From: the human T2T-CHM13v2.0 reference genome, Homo sapiens
Assembly (NCBI RefSeq): GCF_009914755.1
Contig: NC_060927.1
Reading direction: 5' to 3' (one strand)
DNA length: 64,000 bases
Shown here in pieces: positions 52,602 through 64,000 of the stretch. Numbering within the stretch: the stretch's first letter is position 1; each line of letters opens with the position of its first letter. Both the position numbers and the translations under genes were made by a program. A model generated the notes under the pieces. The model saw only the letters and a list, made by a program, of their open reading frames with translations, searched no databases and was not told the origin of the DNA.

Positions 52602-55000
52602 CTTACTTGGTCCCTGCCCCAGGGCCATGCACTTCCTCTCTCTGGAAATCTCTTCTCTCCCACAAACTTTAATCTGAAACCCTAAGGACCACTGTACATG
52701 GCTGTGTGCTTAGTGTAACTTCAGTATCTTTCAAATCTTCTCCCAAACTCTATATTCTGAAAATTTTATTTAAAAATATTTATTTGCTGATATTTTTGAC
52801 AGGAAAGAATTAAAACCCTCAAACTGTCTTTTCAAGATCACATATTTAATCACATAGGACACTAGGGTTTTCAGTTCTTCAGAGTCAACATCCATTCCAC
52901 TCCATCATTTTAGGCAAACTTTGGTTCCTTTTATGCCATATGTTAGAAAGTCAACTTCTATAATCAGTCCCTATATGCTATCAATGACTTTAACAAGTTT
53001 TATTTCAGACTTTTATTTCTACTTCTGTATACCTGATTATAATTTATATTCTCCACTCCAGGTCTAACCCAGGAACCATTTAATCAGTTCCCTCCCCACA
53101 TCCCAAATTTACATCAGTGCATAACACATCATGCTTCTGGAATAATCTTTCTAGCTTTCAGATCAAATATTGTCTCTCTCTTACTCTTAAAAAACTTAAA
53201 GTTTTTTCAAGATGTACAATATTAGCTTCTATCTACAGTTTTAGGTGTAACTAGATAACTCGCTGTATCTCCACTCTCTCCCACCTGACTGCGCTAAAGG
53301 GCAGGAATTGTGATTGCTCAGTTTTGAATGAACCCACCCCCCTGTAAGTACAGACTCAACCAGCCAGCCTCTAGCAAAGTGGCACCTACTGAATATTGCT
53401 CTTGGTAAACTTCATGATCACATAGCACTCTGATGTAAACTGTGTTGCTATAGTCAAATTCTAAGGAGAAATTTAATGCGTATTTAAAAATGGTTCTTTT
53501 GTAGGATGTTAGGCTTTAGAAAAAGCTATGTATAATCTTAATTCTCATATAAGCTGTAACCCACACTTTTCAAATAAGCAAACTCAGAATTGTGAACAAA
53601 AGAGAAGAAACAGCCTGAACAGGAGCAATTCCTGTGTCCTTTGTCTGAGAAAACCTAGGGAATAAAGCATCAGATCAAATGCCATTTCCAAACAGCAGGT
53701 TGAGTCAGAATAAATGAATAATTTAAGGAAACTTATTTTCTGGCTTTAATATCTTTAGTAAAGCATTAAGGTCTAGGCACCCCTCACCACTCTCCACTGC
53801 TGTCCCCACTCACCTTCAACAACAATGGTCAACAGCAAAGTGATTTGCTGCTGGGCATTTCAGCATATTAATATGACATTCTAATTAATCCAAACAAGAA
53901 GTCCTGGTGCTTTTAGAAGCTAATGATCAGAGGAAAGCCATGATTAGTCATGTCAGGTTAAAAAATTTCATCAGTCTCATACTTTCTTATATTACCAAAT
54001 TGTCAGAAAGTGACAGTCCTTGAAAAAGATGACAGCTGTTTACCACTATTTCAGATAGAATCAAAACAAATCCAAACAGCACAAAACAGATAAAGGGAGA
54101 TGAAGAAAAGGAGCAAGAGTAAAATAATGAGAAGAAAGGGATTATTTAGCTACTACTTTGTATCATGTAGTAGCAGCTTTACATTCCAAGTAGAAAAGTC
54201 TAAGACATCCAAAAATTCTCTTCAGCAGTTGGTGACACTTGCACCATATGCTCATCATTCGAGCCTTTTCCTATCACTGGAGTGTAGGACAGAACTAGCC
54301 AATCACACCAAATGTGCCTTTCAGAAGGAGGTCAACTAGTTCGCCATGATACAAGCATAAAATAATTAAAAGATGATGAGATTGATATAAGTAATTTTCA
54401 AATTATACTTAAAAATGTATAGCAAGGGTTTTATTCAATGATACTTTAGGTAAATATTTTTAAATATGAAAGTTTCATATTTTTTTCTTAAGAAATAAAA
54501 AAAGTTGACATGTGTTACATGGAATGCATAATTTTATTGTGCTAACTGAATTGTTAAGATTTGAAAATGTGTTTTTATGTTGTAGCACAATATTTGGCAT
54601 TCTAACATGGTGAACATTAAAGAAATTGATAGTGACATTCACAGAGCAGTACTTAGTTTCTTACAAATTATTTATAGAAGTACATGTGGTGGATGCTAAG
54701 AAAGACCCCATGTACAGTCACGTAATATAAACAAAATTAATTTTTACTACCTAAAATTCCAATGGAAAAAACGCACTGAAAATAAAATGCAAAACATCTC
54801 CATCTAAAGAGCAAACGACTTCCCTTTTAAAGCAGCTTGAAATCACTCCTAACTAGCTCAAAATCAGGAATCACATTACCTAGGATATCTTGATCCAACT
54901 TCTTACAATGAAGATGTCCTCACATAGTTGCAGAATACTCCCTAGTTCAGCAAGTACTGCCAACAGTCAGCATGTTTAATTTATGGTGGAGAATGGGAAC

Positions 55001-55533
55001 TGTGGTGGATTTTATAAAATAGCCTCCACAAATTTTTTAGAACTTTTTTCCTTTTATCAATGGTCTATGTTGCCTTCCCATGGAAATCTCAGCAGTCTTG
55101 AGCTGGCTGAGAAGAAAGTGACACAGCCTGTCATCTGAGGCTAAGTCATAAAAGGCCATGCAGCTTCCAACTGGTTACCCTGGAATGTTTGCTCCCGGAG
55201 TGGTTTGTCTTGGGTGTGTGCTACTGGGACACAACTGTCATGCTGTAGGAAGCCCAAGCCACACAAAGAGAATACATATAGGTGTTCCTGTTTATAGTTC
55301 TAGCCTTTGAGTGATTCTAACCTAGGGTCCAGGCAAGTTAATGAAGACAACTCTAGACAATTCCACCTACTTAGGTCTTCCCAGCTGAGGCCCCAGAGTT
55401 TGTGGGCAAATTACCTTCCTCTCTGTACCCCATCTACACTCCTGACCCTCAGAACTATGAGCATCCTAAAATATTTGCTATTTTATGCCACAAATTTTAA
55501 GGTGGCTAATATACATGAATAGATAACCAGGAA
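55001..55533 (+). mobile_element. MLT1H-like MaLR solo LTR
   Basis: TGTGGTGG start, CTGAGGCTAAGTCATAAAAGGCCATGCAGCTTCCA, TCTTCCCAGCTGAGGCCCCAGA, and end AATAGATAACCAGGAA. Confidence 0.8.
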
Positions 55534-58500
55534 ACAAAAAACTAATTATCAAGGTAGTTTTATATACTAAATCCGTGTATTTAGAATCGTACATATACTT
55601 CATTTAAACTTTACCACAACCTAAGAGACAGGTATTTTTAATCTGCTTACACATGGAAAATTCAACTTCAAAGAAGTTAAGCAACTTTCCTGAGAGCATT
55701 CTACTTTTAAGTGGCAAGGTTGCAATTACTCATGTCTGAAGTCTATTTTTAAAATGTTATTGAGTTTTTCTAGTCAGGTTTATAAAAACTAAAAAAAGAA
55801 ATGGTCTTCCTAAGTGGTTATTTTAATGTTTCTCAAGCTCAATATTCTAGATATTGTCAAACATGATTCAAATTAACATCCCTCCATTTCAATGAAAAAG
55901 CACTTTTGCATAACATAATCTGAAAGAAGGGGCAGTTGCTGAGTTCATATTTTAATTAGTCTGATGTCTGACTCTTTTTAGTGGATACTTAAACATACTT
56001 CTTGAAAAGACGAATGCATGAATGAATGACTTAACCAGTTCATGTTAACCTTAGAGTTCTCTGAGGAATGTTCTAGCAGATTGCTTGATACTATCAAAGA
56101 AGCATGCAATAATCTTTCATGATCATATTTGCTTTGTCCTCCTCTATTTATTGTAAGATGAGAGTGACAGATATTTATTCCTTGCATTACTTCAAACCAG
56201 TAAAATATTTTATTTAAGTGAATACTTAATACTTTTTGATAATGCCTTAAACTAGAAAGTATAGAATGGAGATGCAGAATGAATCAGCATTATTGAGCCA
56301 TTTCTTCTAAGTGAACTTGAAGTTACTGCACAGCAAGAATAGGGTCTTCCAAATCTCATGGAAGTGCTACAAGGTTAACAATGGTAAAACACAGGAAACA
56401 TTTTTAATGTTTTGGAAGTTAAAATGCTGTTTGTAGTAATGTCTCTTATTAATATTATCATCATTAAAATATTGCCATCTTTAAAGAAACGATATTAACA
56501 TGTTTGTTGAAGACTTTTTTGTCGATGTTTCTATAATACTAAAAATCAGATAAGTAAAGACAAAAGGTTGTAAGCCTCTACAAGTAGTTCAATACATCTT
56601 ATATTATCATTGCTTAATTATTAGGTTAATGATGCTTTTAAGTGAAAAATAGCTCCAGGGAGTCATGGAGGCTAGAAAGGTTAAGCACTTAACTGACAGA
56701 AACCTGCCCCTTCATCTCAGATTTATCATGACCCAATCTCATAGTGATTTCATTTCATAATGGATTAGCTTAGCTTTATAAGATTTCATAGAGTGAAATT
56801 TTTCTATAAAGATATGGGCAAAACATTATTAAAAACATTTGGACTGTAGAGGAAAATTCTTAAAAGACACAATTCTGTTACAGAAATATGCAGTTAACAG
56901 ATGTCTTCTGAAGACCTTTTGCTAATTACAAATACTACTTGCAAATATAATCCATCAAACAAACTAACAGAGATTAACACATTAATTAAGTAGCTACAGT
57001 TATTTTTAAAAAGTATTTCTGGTTTTAGTTTTTTCTTTGAAAAGTATCTACAGTCTAATTGGGGACCCAGATACTAAGCAATCATTTGAACTTAGTTGAG
57101 AACAAAGCTTAGAATCCAGGTACATATTGCTGTAAGAGTGTATTTAATAGGAGCATTTTACTCATTAAATGAAGTGAGTGGATGTTTGCTAAGAAGTTGC
57201 TATGCTGAATTAAAATACTGCTTCATCTGGCAGGGTTGAGATTAACTTTATTAATTAAAGGGTTTGAAATTCTTGGGGCACTACCACTAGAGGCTAAACA
57301 AAGTTGAAAACCTGTTTTTCTGCTCGTCAAAGTCCTTCCTCCCTGATTCTCATCTCCTTTCTGGGGATCGGTCTTTTCTTAAGATGATTTAAAGAAGAAA
57401 ATATGATCTGTCTTTAAGGTAAATCTGACTCTACACACTGCAACCATATCCCAGCTGGCAAGGCCACAAACCTGTGAAATCGTACTCATTTAATGAGACC
57501 ACGTCTAGTACATCAAGCATCCAGGCCTGGTGGAACTTTGCCATGCTGGGGTTCATTTTCTTACAATGTCTCTACCTGAGAAGGACGATCGATGCTCTTT
57601 GTCTTGTCTCCAGTGCTCTTTCTCCTCATTCCTTATTTCTAACTAATGACTCTACTTTACAAGTGCTTGAGAACCACCCACAGTTCATCATATCTACTAC
57701 CACATGAGAACACACTTTCCCCAAAGAAGCTGCAATATCTATAGAACCGTAACTCTTTTAAAACAATTGAACAGCAATTTGAATTTCCTTCACAGCTGGA
57801 TTTTTGGATTAAAGTATCCGCGATCAGGATATTCTAGTTTCTCTCAAGATAATGGGTCATATTTGCTTCACATATGTGTAAAGAAACGATTGATTTTTGC
57901 ACTTTTCATAAAACCAAGGAATGTATTTCTCACATTTGAATTTGTGTCCACCTCTTCCTAAACTGAAATAATATATGGCTGTTAAATAGTTGTTTCTGCT
58001 CCAGGTACCTCTCAACATGGTTCAAAAATTTCAAGGTTGTTAGAGCCAGGACACACTTTGCTATTTACAAAATAATAAATTCTGAATTCTAACAGTGAGG
58101 AGGCAAAACTGATGAGCAAATTAAAAATTGAGTTCTATGTGGCAATACATTAAGTTACAAAGTACAACTCTGAACTGTAGACTTTTAAGTTACTGTTTGC
58201 GTATATAGTCTTTGCATATTTACGGTGGGAGAAATATAAATAAATATATTAGCTTAGATCATTCATTCTTTACATATTTTTATTTAGACACTGTAGATAG
58301 AAAGATGAATAAGACATTCTTAAGAGTTGATGGGTGGAGAGTTATATAAATAAAGAAGTATATCGAAAGACGTTTATAGAGTGAGAATGATATTTAATGG
58401 GAGCATTTTACTCATCAAGTATAGAGGTTATGCTGAGTGTACCCAGGTGAGAGCTGATCATTTAACCTGGAACCAAAGTTTAAAGGTCATAATAAATTAA

Positions 58501-60049
58501 TTGAGGAAATGTTTTCAAGTGAAATATACATTTTTAAATATGACTGAGTCCTTTTATAATTATCAATGTTTTGGCTTTCATTAAACATTAAGTGCCTCTT
58601 TGGTACACTCTTTCTTAATTCTTCACTAGCTTTCCCTGCCACCTGCTACGCATTACGGTTCCCCCAACTACCAACCTTTTGTGCCCTATAAAATGAAACT
58701 CATCTTAATTTTAGATGAATAAAACATAATAAGCAGGATGAATCAGCCACCAGAAGCTCACGTAATATATTCCAGGAACAAATTAAAGTGACATTTGTTT
58801 AATAAACTCCTTTTATATCCATGAACTGGCTTGCCTTCATTGAAAGTAAATATTCAAAGCCACTGTGATTGAACTAAAAAGTCAGAGTAACACTTTTGGA
58901 CTCTCCCAATTTATTCTTGATTAATGACTAAGGTATTCGGTTTCATTTCTTCTCAATTCCAATAAAAATTAACTTTTTAGTTTCTGCTAATGCCTTTTCA
59001 TAAAATGTAAAATACTGATTACTAATGATTTTCTTGTGTTGTGTAATTAAAAATATAAGATTTAATTTTCCCAATAATAAGCATAGTTTAAATTTTTTTT
59101 TTCCACATAAGTTTATCATTCAAAATTTCAGAACTTGCTATAATTGCCACAAAAAAAGTCTCGATGTCACCTCCTCTGAAGACTATTTTAGGCAGAATAG
59201 ATGGGCCAACCTGAGTCATAAACAACAACTGTGTCTTGTAACTCTATGTACTATGATCCAGAGTTTCTGCTGTGCCACAGTGGTGTCTAGAAGAGAGAAA
59301 TTTTCCTTCCTCTGGTTCCGTTTAATTAAGAGGGCTCCATGTTGCAGATGAACTTAGTGTTCATTTAGTCAAATTCTTTGAATTCACTTGGCGTTCATTT
59401 CCCCAGTACACACCCTGCCAGTAGGATGGTTGGACTGGAAAGGATTGTGGTGTCAGCTGTTTTGCATATATCAAACTAACATTTCTTCTCCATCCAGCTT
59501 TTGTGGCAGAGAATTCATGAACAAATTTATTCTTTTCCAATTCCTACAATCAGTTCCCTAAGACACCTTATTTTCCTTTGCTCCCATTTGGCCTTGGTCA
59601 AGTATCATAGCCTATGTCATCAGCTAAGTTATAGTAACTGTAACCCATAAAGACATAACAGGTCGTGAGCCTGAGTGGCCATCTCCTCCCTATGTAAATT
59701 TGTGGGCACAAATAGAAATGTGCTCTTACTGAATACATCATAATCCTGTGTGTTCTACAAATGTTCTTAATTATTCAGGAAATTATTGACATTTTTGTGG
59801 CCTAACACAGCAGTAATTTTCATAATTATGCTATGAATACTTAGGAAATATAGATCCTATAAAGTATAGATTTTACTATATAGCTACTTGGTCATTCTTA
59901 CTGATATTATTACAGGATCATTTCTACTTTATTTACGGGACTTTTTACTTTGTCAGAGGTGATTTCAAGTCTCTCTGTACGGTCATGCTTATTTCACTTT
60001 GTAGTTCTTGAATTTGTCCAGATTTTATGTATTTCTACAGTATCTTATT

Positions 60050-61310
60050 TGGGACATAAAGATTTCTAAATATTGTATATTTATTACAAATTATATCTTA
60101 AGATTTCCTAACTCTGATACTACAATTTCAATTCCTAGTTTCTTCTCTTGTTCTTTCCCCAGGTTATATTTTTTGCTATCATTTACTTTCTGCTTTGGGC
60201 ACTCTTACTGGGTCTATAGTATATACTCGCTGTGTGTTGTGTGTGCTTTTGTGTTTTCATAACACACTTTAATGATCTGTTTTTCATGTTTTCCCCCAAT
60301 TTTTGGTTGTAATAGGTGTTTTTTCAATTTCTGACATATGAAGGCTTTTTCGCCTATTTTTAATAGCTTCTTTCTATTTTATTTGACTCCATATTTGTCA
60401 TACTGTTTTATTCCTATGTCATATTTTTTGCTATTTCTCAGTAATTTTAAAAGATTATAGGATTTTAAATATAATTTTAATAGTTTTACACTTTTCAATC
60501 ATATGTTTAAATGCACATTTCTCAGTTTCATCATAGGAATGATCATTATTTGTAAAGTGAAGAAAGCTTATACATATACCTCTTCTTTGCCCCTTAATTG
60601 GGTGCAAATACATACTGAAGGCTTGACCACAGATTATTGAGCCTGTCAACTTATATCCTGTTTTATACCTCTAAGTATAATTTTTCTTTAAAAAGGGACT
60701 TAATTCTATTTACCAATACAATATTAACATCAGTACTTTCATCCTAACACATTTGTTGTGAGTTATTTTGCTCTATCAAAATAAAGTCATCTTCTAGTGG
60801 ACACTTTGAGGGAGAGGGGTACATGGATAATAGACTTCCGGATTTTTATTTTTATTAAGCAAAGTTTTTCCATGATCTGGGAATATATAAATGTCAACTG
60901 CACTTGGCATAGAATATTTTGTTCTCATATTAAGGCTTTGTCAACATCTTTTCATTTGTCTTTTGACATCAAGTATTCTGAAATGAAGCGTAATAAACAA
61001 TTGCTCTGACAAATTTTAGGAAATGTATTAAGTATCAAAGTTTAAGAGAGAATGTTAAAAACATCTAGGGAGAAGCATGAGGTCACTAACAAAGGTTTCC
61101 ACATCCAACCTTTGCTTTCTTATGTGTCCAAGTGAATAGTTTTTGGTCATTATTTTTGGAGTTTATATGAGATTATTTTATTTCCTTGTTTCTTAGTAAA
61201 GTTGTTTTCTTGATTTGGCGAATATTTTAGTTCATTTTGCTGCCACTCAGGGGAGGATAATCTCTAAATAGGAAATACCACCACATTCTCAAGAGTTGTA
61301 TTTTCTCCTT
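60050..61310 (-). mobile_element. Possible ancient L1M fragments
   Basis: T-rich degenerate sequence. A short sense-oriented ORF1-like patch lies at ~61040-61100. Weak. Confidence 0.3.
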
Positions 61311-61696
61311 TAATAATGGATTGATAGCTACAAATACAGTAAAATAATAAAAAGGAGATAATTTAATTAAGCTAATTACAGACGAAATAGATCTGTCTTC
61401 ATCAAGAGTCTTAAAAATAGTACTTCATTGGATTAAAATTCAGCTAATCTCAGCATTTTAATTTTTTAGATGGGCCCACGGTCTAAACATTTATCTATGT
61501 ATTACATCTATTACCTAAATATTTAACAACAACCCCAGGAATATAACAAGGTTTTCCCATTATCGCCCCAGATTTTTATCTATCACTTTATATTGTTCTT
61601 AAATATATGTGTGAGCTAATATGGCTGGTAGAAGAAAACAGCTACTCTGTTTCAGTGATGACTTGAGGATAATTGCAACATGATTACATCGGCCTC

Positions 61697-62076
61697 TGTG
61701 ATATATTGTCTTGTACATCCTTTACAAATGAAGGACTGATTTTCCTAGCTGGTGGGAGAACTGCGGCAGAGAGCCCTTAGCTATCAGCCTTCTATGGGAA
61801 ATTTCTTGGTTGTAGAAATTCCCGTGGTCATGTTCCTTTACAGGGAAGCCTTACACAGTGACTGACTGATGAGTGAGGTACAGAAGCCCACCCTCCATGT
61901 CCCAATTCAGACACCTCTGAGGAACTCTATAAGTTTGGTTGAAGAATGTGTTGAGATTGCATCACAGCTAACCTTCCTCTGCCCAATATTGCTTCCTTTT
62001 AATCCCAAGGGTATTTCTTAATAAACTTTCAGCATATAAATTTGCATTTTAGGTTATTGGAAAACCCAAACCAACA
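61697..62076 (+). mobile_element. LTR16-like ERVL solo LTR
   Basis: GAAGGACTGATTTTCCTAGCTG...TTGCATCACAGCTAACCTTCCTCTGCCCAAT..TGCTTCCTT...AATAAACT matches the recalled LTR16 pattern. Confidence 0.65.
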
Positions 62077-62234
62077 TGGGATAAGGAATAAAAAATAACC
62101 CTTTTTGTACTAATATAGCTGGACATATTTTTATTATATAACATGAATATATTTTCACTTTAAGCATAAGAGTACAAGAGTAAGGGAACATGCCTACAAT
62201 TCCCCAAGGTTTATTTGATTTTATCTTATATGCA

Positions 62235-63165
62235 GTTCATTATCCAGTCAGTAAGTGTTTGTTGTACTCGATCCTGTGCCAAGTGCTGGGAATTGAGGGA
62301 TGAGGACCAAGGAGTAGAAACTCGGCCTATTGAGATATTATTCAAAATGCTCTCCTCAATATAAGTTAGTAATCACATAAATAGACAAGATATTGACATA
62401 TTACAATAAATGCTATGAAGAAAAATCAGACTGAAGATTTTTAAAAGAGGTTGAAGATGAAGTGAGATAAGGTGGGATCAAGAAAGGCCACTTTGAGGAA
62501 ATTAAGCTCAGGCCTGAAAGAGGGGAAGATGACAAGAGAATTCCAGGCAACCAAAAGAACACATGACAAGGCCTTCTCACAGGAGAATGTTCAGTGTGTA
62601 TGAGTAACAGAAGTCCATGGTGGCTAGAGCATAGTAAGTGAAGGATGCATGACATGAGGTTATACATACATTTAGAGTTAGGGGGTCAGAATATGGGGTG
62701 TGAGCTTTCTTGCACAAGTATTGAGAAGCTTCTGGAAGATTTATCTAGGGCAGTGACCTGATGTAATTCCTTTCCTGTTTTCTTTTTCTTTTTCTTTTTT
62801 TGGTGATTACTCTCTTTGCTTTCTAGAGAACAGATGGTAGAAGGGGGAAGTGGAAATATGCAGACATATTAGGGACCCATCAAAATATTGAACTGAACTG
62901 ATGGGTTTGGCCGTGGTTTGACCTAGAGTGCTCATTATAGAGAATGAGCAGAATGGATGCATTAGAGAGATTTCTCAAGTTTGAAATGGTTGAGCTACGG
63001 ATTGGATACAGGTAGGAAGATGGTAAAGGAAGGGATGACATCAGGTATACTTCGAGTTTGGTGTTGACAAACAGGGTGCATGGTAGAGCCATTTATAGAA
63101 GGCTTCAGGAGAACAAGGAGACTTGGAAATTATTTGGAAAGGTCAGAGACTGTGTTCTGAATCTT
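62235..63165 (-). mobile_element. L2 LINE 3' region
   Basis: Purine-rich on the + strand, with CTGTGCCAAGTGCTGGG, AAATGCTATGAAGAAAAA, ATTCCAGGCA..AAAGAACA and CAGTGACCTGATG. Confidence 0.7.
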
Positions 63166-64000
63166 ATGGTAGAGACAGGAGGCATTCTATTGCATACAGT
63201 AACAGGAAGAAGAATCCAAATGCAGCTTTTTTGACCAGCTTTACAGAGTTCAGCCAAACAATCCATACCTAGTTCAACCTCATGTTAGAGATGAGCAAAC
63301 TGAACTTCAGAACCCATAAACAACCTGTCAAAATCATCTGACTAGCCAGAAGAATATTTTGCCCATTATATGATACTTTGTTTATTTAAATAGTTATAAT
63401 TATTTTAGATATTTTATTTTCTTGATTTTATTATTAAGCACAAATAACATGGTATTTAAAGTTTATCTCTATTTTTCACTTTTCTTATTTTATCATAACT
63501 TCAAGTAAAAATCAAAAAATTATATTGAAATTGAAATATGGAATTTTATACTAAAGACAAGGCATCCAAATGAAAATGAAATTTTTCAGGTGAAAATTTC
63601 CAAATCATAAATATGTAGGGACAAAAAACTTTATTTATAAAGAAAGATATAAGATAATTCTAATTAACTGATGATTCAAAGGTTTACAACTTTCAAAGTA
63701 AATATTATCTTTGAAATAAAGTCCATTTAAATTATTTATGCAGCCAAAGTTTTAGTAATTGTATATGTATATCATGTAAACTTTTTTGAGGAAAATTGAA
63801 TTGGAAATGTTAGAGTATTATGTGGAAAAAAATCACCTACAAGAAAAAAATTATCTCCTTATGAAGGATTACTTTAGCCACTTTGACAGGTGTAGGTAAA
63901 AGAACACTAAATGCACATCAATATGATTAGCAGATGCGTGCTTAGAAATATGTTATCATTGAAAAGAGAATCGTATTATCACCTTCGCAGGGCCTGTTCT

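Noticed and set aside
52354-52672. Repetitive ORFs on both strands and a CRISPR-like look
   Set aside because: The units are contiguous with no unique spacers, there are no cas genes, and the context is primate. The ORFs arise from a 66-bp unit without stops.
53000-61000. Short 60-108 aa ORFs in AT-rich unique DNA
   Set aside because: They are F/L/I/K-rich with no recognisable domains or consistent exon structure, as expected by chance.

Overview
AT-rich, repeat-dense primate (most likely human or great-ape) genomic DNA. I can see no host protein-coding exon, RNA gene or CpG island, so it is intergenic or deep intronic. It holds five L1PA insertions: the 5' half of a minus-strand L1 cut by the window edge, a full-length minus-strand L1, a short 3' fragment and two twin-primed (5'-inverted) copies. 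It also holds seven Alus, a complete THE1 MaLR provirus, several solo LTRs, fossil DNA transposons, and MIR/L2/L1M remnants. Nearly every long ORF in the track is L1, Alu or THE1 derived. I found no convincing new biological system. The best second-look items are mutational or regulatory: a 148-bp local templated insertion inside an LTR, a candidate gene-conversion tract between the two tandem L1s, an extended L1 ORF0 open through a strong splice donor, two twin-primed L1s with nearby inversion points, a 66-bp triplication whose third unit has a perfect AP-1 site, and a consensus DUX4 motif in a THE1 LTR. Subfamily names come from recalled consensus sequences and need a RepeatMasker/Dfam run.
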